Shown here piece after piece: positions 51,430 through 63,874 of a stretch of DNA of 64,000 bases. The notes beneath the pieces were generated by a model. The model was not told the origin of the DNA, searched no databases, and was given only the letters and a program-made list of their open reading frames with translations. Each line of letters opens with the position of its first letter. Position 1 is the stretch's first letter. This DNA comes from Octopus sinensis (Eukaryota), in the NCBI RefSeq assembly GCF_006345805.1, contig NC_042998.1, positions 184,388,001 to 184,452,000 on the forward strand. The letters are read 5' to 3'. A program made the translations under genes and the position numbers.

Positions 51430-51600
51430 AGTTTTAATTATTTGAAATCCTTCTTTAAGGAAGGAGCTGGTTTCTAGCAAAGATACAAAGCTCTATCGTT
51501 GGATTGTAGATAGCGAAAAACAATTTGAACTTGAGAAAAATCTTGCATATTTTTACTGTTCTTCTTACGGATTGCATTTTTAATGTGCGTTGATTGGTTG
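51430..51600 (-). mobile_element. 3' end of a related RLE element converging on the same (CA)n tract (51205-51398)
   Basis: MQSVRRTVKICKIFLKF is homologous to [17 protein letters not shown] at ~51075-51125. Confidence 0.6.
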
Positions 51601-51604
51601 ATTT

Positions 51605-51663
<59 letters not shown>

Positions 51664-51789
51664 TGTGTTTTAGTGTGTATATGAACAAAAATATGTTACT
51701 TGTTATTATCTTTTATCTTTTCCTTGTTTCACTCATTAGACTGCGGCCATGCTGGGGCCACGAGGAGACGAGTTTGCCTATAATAATGT

Positions 51790-52727
51790 TGGGACCATGA
51801 TGAAGTGCGTAATAGGAGAAAAGGACAAGAATGAAATACTGAGGGAGCAAGTCAGACAGAACGAAGAGAAACCTCTGCATGGCCAATTTTGGAGAGCCAC
51901 TGAAGACATAAGTGGAACAAAATACTAGGCTTTGTTAAAAAAGGGACAATTAAAAAAAGAAACAGTGAGCTTAATTGCACCAGCTCAAGATCAAGCGATA
52001 AAAACAAACAACTTGAGAAAAAATATATATAAGGAAAGAATGTGTCAGAAAAATGTAGAACCTGTAGAACTTGGAACGAGACAGTTGCACACATTGTGGA
52101 AGAATGCCCCAAACTGGCTCAGGAAGAATATAAGAAATGGAGGCACGACCAGGCTGTAAAAGTTATACACTAGAAACTGTGTCAGAAATGGGGATATGAA
52201 ACTGAAAACACATGGTGCAATAATCGAATCGAAAGAGTACTGGAGTCGGAGAAATGTAAGATTTTGTGGGACTTCCCTATTCAAACAGACAAGAAATGAG
52301 AAAATAATAGACCAGACATAACGGTGGTAGATAACGGTTGTAGAAAAACAGTTGTAGAAAAAGTGAGGCTGCTTACTTATCGATCCATCATGCCCGTTTG
52401 ATTCCAGGATCGTAAAGAAAGAGGAAGAAAGAAAGAATTTGGAGCATGAGAACAGTAAAGGTCGCGCCCATAACAACTGGTACGTTGGGTACAGTAAGCA
52501 AAAATACAGACAAATGGCTGAAGGAGATTGAAATAGAATGTCAGTAGAGCTCCTACAGAAAGTTAGTCTCTTAGGGACAGCAAGGATTATCAGGAGGGTT
52601 CTAAGCACTCGAAAGACTGCTGAAAACTTGTGGCTACTTAATGTTAGAGGTAGTAACCTGCTATCCACATAATTCTTACCAGCAATAAGACCGAACCGGA
52701 GCCAAACAAAATAATGATAATAATAAT
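51790..52727 (+). mobile_element. RLE-type (R4/Dong-like) element 3' fragment with (AAT)n tail
   Basis: KKETVSLI..AQDQAIKTN, CRTCRTWNETVAHIVEEC, RHDQ, LWDFPIQTD; tail ataatgataataataat. Confidence 0.85.
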
Positions 52728-52837
52728 TAAAACAATATGTATATGCACCTACTCTCTTACACTCAGACATATGAATTCCGCTTATTTTCACCTCTCCTCC
52801 AATATATGTTTGTTTGTTTGTGTGTGTGTGTGTAAAC

Positions 52838-52853
52838 ATACATACATACATAC

Positions 52854-52886
<33 letters not shown>

Positions 52887-52981
52887 CATACATACATACA
52901 TACATACATACCTACATACATACATACATACATACATACATACATACATACATACATACATACATACATACATACATACAT
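52838..52981. repeat. (TACA)n microsatellite
   Basis: Direct inspection. Confidence 0.95.
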
Positions 52982-55141
52982 GTAAATACATGTACATAGA
53001 TGATGACGATGTATTTCTAAGATACTTTTTTTTCTGTTAGGTTAGACTGAATCTGTCATAAATTTGTTTCGAGGCAGTCAGTCTGGAGGATATGTGATTG
53101 GTTGAAGTGAAGACATAAACACTAACCAGATATAGTGAATGAATTCAAGCTGTATGTAAAAAATATACCCCATATTAAAACGAGCAGTTTTCTGCATTTT
53201 CGAAAGATGTAGGAATGGATTTTGGCAATAATAAATGCTCTTACCTGATTGGAAAACTAGGAAAAGTAACAAGTCAGTTTGGCAATATCTCCATGAATGA
53301 ATGAATGGCTTGGCTATTTATCGAATATCCGGTAACGAATGCTACAAGTACCTTGGGATGCTATAAGTACCTATGATGGTGTTTGTAACAAATAATGCAT
53401 AACCAGGGAATATTACGCTAGAATAAACTAAATAAGGCACTTGGAGTCCTGTGCGTACAATAAATCAATAGCCTAAATTTTGTTTGCTGTATCAGTACTA
53501 ATATAAATATTTGCTCTACTTGGTGGATGTTATATGAGATCTCAGCCAATGATATATAAAATACAGAAATTATTGATTGCTATCAGGATCTTCCATCTTG
53601 ATGTAGACATTGAACGCCTTTACCGAAAATGACAGAGCTGAATATCGGTCAATGCATTATTTGAATGCCGTCTTTTTTTTTTTATCTATTTGACATTATT
53701 GTAGTGCAACCTTGATATACTTCTGCGTGCATGAGACAAATGATATCATGAGGATTAGGAAGGAACTCCCGGGTAAAAAAGAATATTATACGTAAATGAT
53801 GATCAGGGGTACATACAAATTCAGAAGCGCTAGAATGGTCCATCTCAACGAAACCTGAGCAAAATAGTAGAAACAGCAGCAAATTATCCCTCAGTCATAT
53901 CATACAGGTTTTTTTTTTTTTAAAAAGCAAAATGATGCATTGGATAGTGTAGTTCTAGATATGCTGTCTGAAAGAACCCCCCCCCAAAAAAAATACACTA
54001 ACAAAAAGATAGACAACAAACGTGGCTATTATTTTGGCTGAAATGCCTCTGATCATAGATCCATCTCTCAGAGCTTGCTTGAAATGAAATAACAATAATG
54101 ACAACGACGACGATGACGGCAGTCGATTTCATGAGTGTCAATCTAGTTTGCCTTTACAGGCCGGAATGGAGCATGCACTTGATATCGTGGGCCGAATATA
54201 GACAATTGCCCCTCCCCCACTCCGCAATATAAAAGAAACAAAAAAACAAACAAAACCATATTCATAATGTAAGCTAAAGTAGATGGATAAAGAGATCCCT
54301 TTGTATTATAACACCCATGTTAGCAATATTGAATGAAAAGATATTGGTAAAGTTTGTGTGCAGAGATGTGTTGGAAGACTCCGTTCACGTGCTATATATG
54401 TAGTTCTATAACGTAAGAGTTCTTAGAGAGAGAATGGTGATAGAAATTGTCCAAATGAATGCGAACACTTCTTGAGAAAAGCAATGTTTGATAGAAAGCT
54501 AGCGATGACTGAAAGCTAACGAACTGCAAGACCTTTCGATATCGTCCATATCAATAGAATCCATTCAGACGAAAAAAAAAAAAAGAAAAAAACAAGAAAA
54601 AGAAAACTGAAATCCTCAGATGATAGCCGTCTTGCATGTGACAACAATCTACATACAATAACCACCACTACTTTGCTCAGCAATGTTCAATATAGCAGAA
54701 AATATAAATACTTACTTTGCATTTGCTTAGTCTTTTGACTTTTTCTAATATGAATATGTAATTATTCTTTGATGATTCGGAAGGTTGCATACCATCATCT
54801 GAGCCTCGTTTAGGTAATGATGTGTTGAACGATGTAAGCAAAAGAATCTTAATGAATTAAAATATACGTTTTTGTTGAAGAAGGAAAACAAAAGCCTAGT
54901 GGTAATTGCTTGTGAATCTCAAGGGGAGATAATTTAAAGAGAGTAAGATTTCATTTCACAGAAAATTTATATTTAGGTTAAAAATCTGATCTTTGTCAGC
55001 AGCGAGCTGGTAGCTTTAGGTATGTTTCAATATTATTAAGCTTCGTTAGAGAAGCAAAGCCTTTTTACGATTATTTTAATTCATAGACAGAAATTTTAAG
55101 GACTAGAAAATGATTTACGAAAATTTTAGCCAGTTAATAAA

Positions 55142-55172
<31 letters not shown>

Positions 55173-55832
55173 ATAAGTAAGGGGAATAACTTATATAAGA
55201 TAATGACTTAATTTAGATAATTTAGGTAGATTGTAATAAATTGATTGTTAGCAGTGAAGTGTAAGGTGTCTCTCAGCTGGGGAAAGAAATTAAAAAGCTA
55301 AAGGCAATTTTTTGTAGCTCTCAAAGAAATGATAATTTTATGAAATTAGGAAAAAAAAAATCGACAGAAAATTTAAATTTCATGCTGAGGAGGGAAATAT
55401 AATCTTTATTAGCAGACAAGGTTTTTATTTTATGAAACATCGTCAGCGAAACATAGCGGTTCCACGGCTGTTTTGATCAACAGACAAGTTTTTACCAAGG
55501 AGGAAAGGTGATAAAGAGATTTCTGTCCAGAATAATTTGCATAATTATCTAAAGCGAGCTAAGGGGAATAGCTAAAGTGGGACAATAGTATGGATTGTAG
55601 AAAACACTTGTATAAGGTAAGGTACCGTGCTGTGCTATCGAAACTGGAATCATGCGACGGTGAAGCACACTTCTTACAGAAACATGTAAAACGCATTCTC
55701 TCTCACACACGCATGCGCACATAGACGCACATATGATCACCTTTGTATGTATGTATGTATGTATGTATGTATGTATGTATATATGTCTGGCGCAAATCAG
55801 TCAATGTTGACACGTGTTTCCGTTGAAGCTCA

Positions 55833-55904
<72 letters not shown>

Positions 55905-56207
55905 GCTGTGTGTGAATGTGCATGCGTGCTTTTATCTGTTAAAACGGGGCCTGTTAAATCGAAGGTTTGCAATATGTGTATGTTGGCATCATTAGAATTT
56001 AGAAACCTCAAGAACGTGAAATAATTCTTTTTATATTTGGCGAATCTAGAAGCAAATCAAAGCTTGTAAATAATGCGTGTAAATATTGGGTGAAAAAAAA
56101 TTTTGATAAAAAAATAGTCGAAGGCTGCCTTTGAGACGCGAACCCACATCTGGGCAGCTTCCAACATTTTCTATCCAATATACACACGCTTTATTTATAG
56201 CTTCATG

Positions 56208-56633
56208 AAGGCGGCGAGCTCGCAAAACCATTAGAACACCGGGCAAAATGCTTAGCGGTATTTCGTCTGCTGCTACGTTTTGAGTTCAAATTCCGCCGAG
56301 GTCGACTTTGCCTTTCATCCTTTCGGGGTCGATAAATTAAGTACCAGTTACGCACTGGGGTCGATGTAATCGACTTAATTCGTTTGTCTGTTGTTGTTTG
56401 CCCTCTCTGTGTTTAGCCCCTTGTGGGTAGTAAAGAAATAGGTATTTCGTCTGCCATTACGTTCTGAGTTCAAATTCCGCTGAGGTCGACTTTGCCTTTC
56501 ATCGGGGTCGATTAAATAAGTACCAGTTTCGCACTGGGGTCAATGTAATCGACTTAATCTGTTTGTCTGTCCTTGTTTGTCCTCTCTGTGTGTAGCCCCT
56601 TGTGGATAGTAAAGAAATAGGTATTTCGTCTGT
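56208..56633 (+). repeat. Tandem multimer of SINE family A (2 units plus start of a third)
   Basis: Junctions gaaata|ggtatttcgtctg after 56440 and after ~56618. Confidence 0.9.
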
Positions 56634-57123
56634 CTCTTATTGAAAATTTACTATTGGAGTGTGTTCGTAAGTTTCTGTTAATTGTTATATCTCTTGTTGT
56701 GCCTATTGTTGGACTTATTGTGAAAAAAAAATTGTAGTATAGTTGAGATTTGATTTACATCAATCTATGTTTGAAGGCTTGCCATCTCCGACTCTAAGTA
56801 AAGAAAAGATGGAGAGTCCTTCTCCACAGGATGCTCCGATCTAAAAGGTAAGTCACGTCTATTCACATTGGTTGTATAAATGTGCGTGGTGTGATGTCGA
56901 GTTGGTAGCAAGGGCGCTTCCTAAATGAAATCAGGTCGAGAAATTTGGATGTAATTGTTGCAATGGGTGAAGGGGCCAAGAGATCTGCTCTCCCTCCTGA
57001 ACGGCTACGAGAAATACGTTTCTCCAAGTCATGCTGGTGGTCCATCTAGTTTCCTGGACCAATTGGTTTCTGATTTTAGTTTAGCAAATAAATAATATTC
57101 GTTAGGTGAAATCTTCTTCAACA

Positions 57124-57541
57124 GGTAGGCACAGGAGTTGCTGTGTGGTAAGTAACTTGTTTACCAACCACATGGTTCCGGGTTTAATCCCACTGCGTGG
57201 CACCTTGGGCAAGTGTCTTCTACTATAGCCTCAGGCCGACCAAAGCCTTGTGAGTGGATTTGGTAGACAGAAACTGAAAGAAGCCCGTCGTATATATGTA
57301 TATATATATATATATGCGTGTGTGTGTTTGTGTGTCTGTGTCTGTGTTTGTCCCCCTAGCATTGCTTGACAACCGATGCTGGTGTGTTTATGTCCCCGTT
57401 ACTTAGCGGTTCGGCAAAAAGAGACTAATAGAATAAGTACTGGGCTTACAAAATAATAAGTCCCGGGGTCGAGTTGCTCGATTAAAGGCGGTGCTCCAGC
57501 ATGGCCGCAGTCAAATGACTGAAACAAATAAAAGAGTAAAG
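57124..57541 (+). mobile_element. SINE family B, full length
   Basis: Same consensus as 38828. Confidence 0.9.
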
Positions 57542-57704
57542 GTACACCTTAGATTAGATATATAAAACACAAGGCTAACAACTATGTGCCTCTTGTTTAT
57601 ACATCCCAATTTTTTCAAAATCTACTGCGCAGACGCAGCCCCTCGCTGGCAATAAAAAAAATGCCAACTTTTAAAATCCGAAAATTATCAAAAAACCTAC
57701 AATA

Positions 57705-58058
57705 CTTAATCACATCGAAGGGAAATGGAAATTAATAATAGAAATTTTCACTTCCAGTGGCCTAGAGTGTATAGTAAGTTTGCTAAACTAAAATCAGAAA
57801 CCAATTGGTCCAGGAAACTAGATGGTAAAATGTTTATATTTTTTCATTTCGTTCCTGTCGGATTTTATCACTAATTTTGTGGTTACAGAACCTAGCTGTT
57901 CTTTCTAGCGTGTTGAATCCCACGAGTGGATTCCTTATGTGTTTAAATGTACACTTTATTTTATGAGTAATACATAGTCTTTGGACTACATTTTTACACG
58001 CTAGGCCACTGGAAGGGAAAAATTTCTATCAATTTCCATTTCCCTTCGATATGATTAA

Positions 58059-58059
<1 letters not shown>
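57705..58059. mobile_element. TA-flanked MITE with ~68-bp TIR (Tc1/mariner-type)
   Basis: ta|cttaatcacatcgaagggaaatggaaatt ... aatttccatttcccttcgatatgattaag|ta. Confidence 0.8.
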
Positions 58060-58150
<91 letters not shown>

Positions 58151-58268
58151 CGTGATCACCGCGACCGACCAGGCTATCAGATGTTGCTACATATCACTGG
58201 TCACAATGCGCTTCGCATTGTTTTAGCCTTCAAATGACGCCACCCCGCTGGCTAAGCGAGCAGGCCAA

Positions 58269-58343
<75 letters not shown>

Positions 58344-58376
58344 ATATATATTATATATATATATATAATATATATA

Positions 58377-58419
<43 letters not shown>

Positions 58420-58583
58420 ATATATATATAATAGAAATATGTTGCAAAAAGAAAATAGAAACTAAACGTGAAAATGTAAGGGGAAAGTAGGAAGAAAAAT
58501 AAGCGAAAATGCACATAGGAAATAAAAAAAAAGTAAAGGCTTTTTATGAAATAAAAGCTTTATATATATATATATATATATAT

Positions 58584-58630
<47 letters not shown>

Positions 58631-59011
58631 ATATCTAAGTACATATGTATGTAGTTATGCATGTGATACAGTGTCCACTCATTAATTGAAGCCCTTTTAA
58701 ATAGCTGATTCACAGACCATATACACTGATGGGGAATTCACAAAGGAAATAACTTTTCGCCTATCCACTGGAGGCACCTGGCCGACAGCCCTCAAAATCC
58801 TTGTCTTAATCCAGTTTTGTGTTTGCTTTATACTTAATGTTTAATGTTTGTGTATGTATATACACAAACACTTATTCACACATATAAGCATTTGTGTGTG
58901 TGTTTGTAAAGTAAACAGTTTCAAGTTGTCAACAACGTATATTAAACGAAAAACATGGTATTGGATACGCAAATGCACACACTGACACACATTCATATGC
59001 ACACACACACT

Positions 59012-59070
<59 letters not shown>

Positions 59071-59451
59071 TCACATATATGCATATCTGTTTACAAAGTC
59101 AGGCACTCTTATAAGTTTTCAAAGCCACACTCACATAGATATACGCAGATATATGTTTAGTCAATTTATTATGCTTTCGTGTTTTAATGTTTGCAAGTTT
59201 GTAAGAATGATGTAAAGAATGTATGCGTGATATATTTGCCTGAATTTCTGCAACAAGAAATGATCATTATTGTGCACTAATATATTCGGACTTGTGCGCT
59301 CATCTTGGTTGTAAAATTCATAATGTTTCGGCCGTTGTACTTTCTGTAAAAGTTACCAAGTACGACAGTCATCTGAAAAAGGCCGAAGGGCACAACAGCC
59401 GAATCGTTGTGATTATATCAAACAAGATGAGGACATTAGTTTGAACATAGA

Positions 59452-59665
59452 CGAGGGGGCGTGCTGAAAAGTTCCTGGCTTTGGGTAAAAGAAAATACAG
59501 GAAGATCAGTTAATTACGATTTTATTGAGTATGTTCCCCTCTCAGATTCACACACTGCAGCGATCCTTCAGTTTTCTAAGCCCTGTAAAAGAACTCGGAA
59601 GGTTGGGCTTCCAACCAGGCCTTTCGTGATACCCTTAAAGCCAGGAACTTTTCAGCACCCCCTCG
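59452..59665. mobile_element. Mariner-type MITE
   Basis: TIR cgagggggcgtgctgaaaagttcctggcttt / aaagccaggaacttttcagcaccccctcg|ta. Confidence 0.85.
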
Positions 59666-59691
59666 TATACCAGTGATAGAGGTGGTATTGA

Positions 59692-60176
59692 TACCTATTT
59701 CTTTACTACCCACAAGGGGCCAAACACATAGGGGACAAACAAGGACAGACAAACGGATTAAGTCGATTATATCGACCCCAGTGTGTAACTGGTACTTAGT
59801 TTATCGACCCTGAAAGGATGAAAGGCAAGGTCGACCTCGGCGGAATTTGAACTCAGAACGTAACGGCAGACGAAATACGGCTACGCATTTCGCCCCGCGT
59901 GCTAACGATTCTGCCAGCTCGCCGCCTTCTATTAATACCTATTTCTTTATTACCCACAAGGGGCCAAACACATAGGGGACAAACAAGGACAGACAAACGG
60001 ATTAAGTCGATTACATCGACCCCAGTGTGTAACTGGTACTTAGTTTATCGACCCCGAAAGGATGAAAGGCAAAGTCGACCTCGGCGGAATTTGAACTCAG
60101 AACGTAACGGCTGACGAAATACGGCTACGCATTTCGCCCGGCGTGCTAACGTTTCTCCCAACTTGCCGCCTTCTAT
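59692..60176 (-). repeat. Tandem pair of SINE family A
   Basis: Two near-identical ~240-bp units, each starting (plus strand) atacctatttcttta. Confidence 0.9.
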
Positions 60177-60187
60177 TAATACCGAGA

Positions 60188-60474
60188 GGTAATATTTATG
60201 CCCACTTAAACGTGGATGTTTTTTTGAACGAGTATACTGCGGTAGATACCATAAGAGAAACTCTCATATTGACTTTTGATGCAAAATGCACTTTCGTTCT
60301 TAACGCTAGCAGGGATATGGGAAGAAGTGGGGAGAACGTGGGGAGATAGCATGGAGAAATAAACAAGAATGCATTTTGTACCAAAAGCCAATATGAGAGT
60401 TCCTCTCTTGGTATCTACTGCAGTATATCTCGCTCTAACGGAACATCCACGTTTAAGTGTGCATAAATCTTACC
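60188..60474. mobile_element. Foldback MITE with ~110-bp imperfect arms, GGTAA...TTACC ends
   Basis: ggtaatatttatgcccacttaaacgtggatgt / acatccacgtttaagtgtgcataaatcttacc; no TSD seen. Confidence 0.75.
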
Positions 60475-62196
60475 TATTAGTTTAAATATATCAATGCATA
60501 AGGTGTTTCGTTGTCGTCCAGCATATGTCTTTAATCGAGTGTTATGATTAAAAGGCCTTCCAACCGTGAACCAGTCTACGATTTCTATTTTGCAGATTCA
60601 GGATCTCATCTAAGGTGTCCTATATAACGTCGCTAGAGTTTTATCCGATGAAAATTTACCTGTTACTTCTAACCGATCGATCATGTAGAGTCCTCTCATC
60701 GAGGTTTTACATCCTAACTGCATGGCGGGTTGAAGAACAGAAGCTTGACACACACACACACACTAGTTTTGTAGCATTCTTTATAACATTCTGAAATAAA
60801 ACCTGTTCTTGTAGTTTGGATTTCGACCTGAGTCAGCCATTACCTTATGAACAGTATTTGTCTGGAGTAATCGTTCTTGATATTGGTAGTTGATGCTAAC
60901 AGATGCAGGCTAATACGTAGATGGCGAATAGGAAATCAGAAAGTAATACATGCTATTATTTTGTCATCACTTTCGTTTTCAACCTGGACTTTCTCCTGGA
61001 CTCTGCCAGCCAGAACATTTATTGGAGTCTTTCTGTCTGAATTTTTTCTCCCAAGTTTATAATTTTCATTGCTCGGTAAATCCTACTCACCAAGAAGTCC
61101 GGTGTATGTATAACACGAATGAACTACTTATCTCAACGATTCCCACGAGAGAGCTGAACTTGCCTTACAGTTGAAACTTTTTAATACAACTACTGTATAA
61201 CACAACTACTAACTGTGCACCAGCTCAAATTTCCGTTCATGGTGAGTTAGCCTCTTCCATACACTTTCTATACTCAAATCATGTTAAAGATTTCACGATA
61301 CTCTTGTATTACTATAGCATGTGATTAATTCATTTTGAATACATTTTTTTCTCTTAAATATGTAACCCAAAGCATATTACAATTGAAAGGCGAAGTTGTG
61401 GTCTTCATATGATTTCCAAGTGACGTAAGATAGGTAAAGATAATGCAAACAAAAAAAGACAAAACAAACAAAAAAAAAGGCAAAAAACAAAACTGGTAAT
61501 CTCGTAATAATTACCGAATAATACGGGTTCAATCATTTGCTGGTATCGTTGATCTTTTTTTTTTTGCAGTGGTTTGGTTTCGGTGAAGAGGCTGTTACTG
61601 TCACTTTCTTAGGACTTCTGAGATTAGAGAAATCAATGCATATAAGTTTTTCTTGAAACCTGCAAGATGACAACTGTTGGCAAGAGGGTTTCAAAGTGTT
61701 GACGTCTGGAGATGAAGTGGAAATAGTGCATAGTAGATGTTCTCCGATGGGGGTTACACACAGTGTGCATAATAAGATGGCGGTGGCTTGAAGACTGCCA
61801 TCTCTGAGGAGCAGAGATCCCTATAGTACTATTAAAAACGAAGTGTAAGGAGACACATGCAGACAGCAACTGAGTGTACGGCACGAATTTCTGCGTTGTT
61901 ACGCTTCATCAATTACAAAGACCAAATCCGTTGTTCACAGTCCACTAAGAACTGCCATTTTCATATGCGAATAACCTAATTCGCCTGGCTTTCACATACA
62001 TTGTCTATAAGGAGAGTGTTACTGCAGTGAAGGTATTTTCGTGTTCAAGTGCACACAAACGTATTAAATATAAATGTACACAACTTTATTTTTATCAGCG
62101 CTGCTTGATGTGCCGTTTATTAAATCCAGCTTGACAAGGTTTGCGCATTTTATTATTTGCTGTTTACATTATGTTTAAGTGGGTTATGAAGGACAG

Positions 62197-62256
62197 ATTC
62201 AGTGTCTGTAGCTGATGAAGCGTAAAGAAGCAGAAATACATGTCCTACAGTCGAAT
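62197..62256 (+). ncRNA. Candidate minimal type I hammerhead ribozyme (possibly degenerate in stem II)
   Basis: Stem I ctgtag(62206-11)/ctacag(62245-50), CTGATGA (62212-18), GAAA (62233-36), palindromic ACATGT stem III, GTC cleavage triplet (62242-44), stem I extension attc/gaat. Confidence 0.6.
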
Positions 62257-62299
62257 GACATCATTCATTGTCCGGCTCGGTGTTTTTTCGCACATTTTA

Positions 62300-62660
62300 A
62301 AATCTTTTACTTGTATCAGTCTTTTGATTTCGGCCATGCTGGGGCACCGCCTTGAAGAATTTAAGTCGAACAAATCGACTCCAGGATTTATTCTTAAGCC
62401 TAGTACTTATTCAGTTCGGATTCTTTTGCCGAACCGCTAGGTTACAGAGATGTAAACACACCAACACCGGTTGTCAAGCGGTTGTGGTGGGGACGAACAC
62501 AAAGTCACACAGACACACGACGAGCTGTTTTTAGTTTCCGTCTACCAAATCCTAGGTCGGCCCGAGAGATTAGCAGAAGACACTTGCCCAAGGTGCCACG
62601 CAGTGGCACTGAACCCGGAACTATGTGGTTGGGAAGCAAGCTTCTTACTTTACACCCATG
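62300..62660 (-). mobile_element. SINE family B
   Basis: cggccatgctggggcaccgcc ... ggttgggaagcaagcttcttac. Confidence 0.85.
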
Positions 62661-62808
62661 CCGAGACAGCTAACCAGCAAACGTTTTTTCAGGTTCGAGT
62701 GCACAGAAACTTGTTAAATATAAATGTACACTGCTTACAGTAATGTGTATGTGTTGTGCTTGTGTGTATGTGTGCGTGTGTGTATACGGAGTGGTGTATA
62801 TTTGTGGA

Positions 62809-62872
<64 letters not shown>

Positions 62873-62904
62873 ATTATCTAGCACTGATTATATACTTAAG
62901 TGTG

Positions 62905-62966
<62 letters not shown>

Positions 62967-63366
62967 TGCCTACACATGTGCGCACGTAGGCACACACTCG
63001 TCTATAGATATATAGATATATGTATTAAATACATGTGTATTTGTATATGTACATACATACATACATACATACAGTCATACATACATACATACATACATAC
63101 ATACATACATACATACACACATTTTTGCACACACATACTTATATACACTCACACACACTTGCATGTGTCTTTATGTAGAGAAAATTCATCGGCAGGCAAG
63201 CTTCTGTGTATATGTTACTGTAAATCCCTTAAGACTTCAAACAGCCACCAGAGACACTTGGCACTCCACCTAATTACTCGAGAATCTAGAACCTATTGCT
63301 AACACTTAAGCATTAATACCAACCGTTCTATGACACGCCTGAGTTTCAGCATCTTGAAATCATACC

Positions 63367-63368
<2 letters not shown>

Positions 63369-63431
<63 letters not shown>
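63369..63431. repeat. (AAT)n microsatellite
   Basis: Direct inspection. Confidence 0.95.
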
Positions 63432-63873
63432 GATTTGCTTGTCAGTTGTTTGACCTTAACCAGTTGAGCATGTCCCTTAGTGGCTGACGATATGTGCATC
63501 TCTGATCACGAGCAGAAGTAGTGGGGGAGCATCATAGTCATGTGTTGAGAGGGATTCTTTGGTGTTTGAATAATTCACTTCTGGAAACATGGATGTTTCG
63601 TTCAACATCCTTAAACAACCCTTATTCTGGGACCTTTTGAGTAGGATGGGTTACTCGACTAGAAGAAAATTCTAACTGGGTCCCACCTGCAAGGTCATGT
63701 GCTGTTTATCTTGATATGAGATTGCCATATCGCGCACATATGGTTGTGATGCATGTGCCTAGTGTACCCTTATGAGACGGGTAGTCATGATGGGTATACT
63801 GGGCTTCGTATATTTTACCCCGGTGTCACTTTGATGGCATGCACTGCTCTCTCACTCAATAATAATAATAATA
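63432..63873 (+). mobile_element. (AAT)n-tailed repeat family G, longest copy, embedded in (AAT)n
   Basis: Ends ctctctcactcaataataataataata; flanked on both sides by AAT repeats. Confidence 0.85.
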
Positions 63874-63874
63874 A

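Noticed and set aside
52045-52905. 286-aa minus-strand ORF
   Set aside because: Starts in (TACA)n and is antisense to a degenerate RLE retroelement; no independent coding signal.
53682-53882. Possible minus-strand exon with a good acceptor (ttttgctcag)
   Set aside because: No identifiable protein motif and ambiguous donor; left uncalled.
56770-57045. Possible exons (plus-strand AAG|GTAAGT donor at ~56847; minus-strand ORF 56863..57045)
   Set aside because: Candidate exon frames contain stops or have no recognisable homology or partner exons; cannot be supported without RNA data.
61774-61805. AAGATGGCGG (YY1-like) motif forming a 10-bp hairpin
   Set aside because: ATG is followed by a stop after 4 codons, the hairpin is too short for a miRNA precursor, and there is no supporting promoter context.
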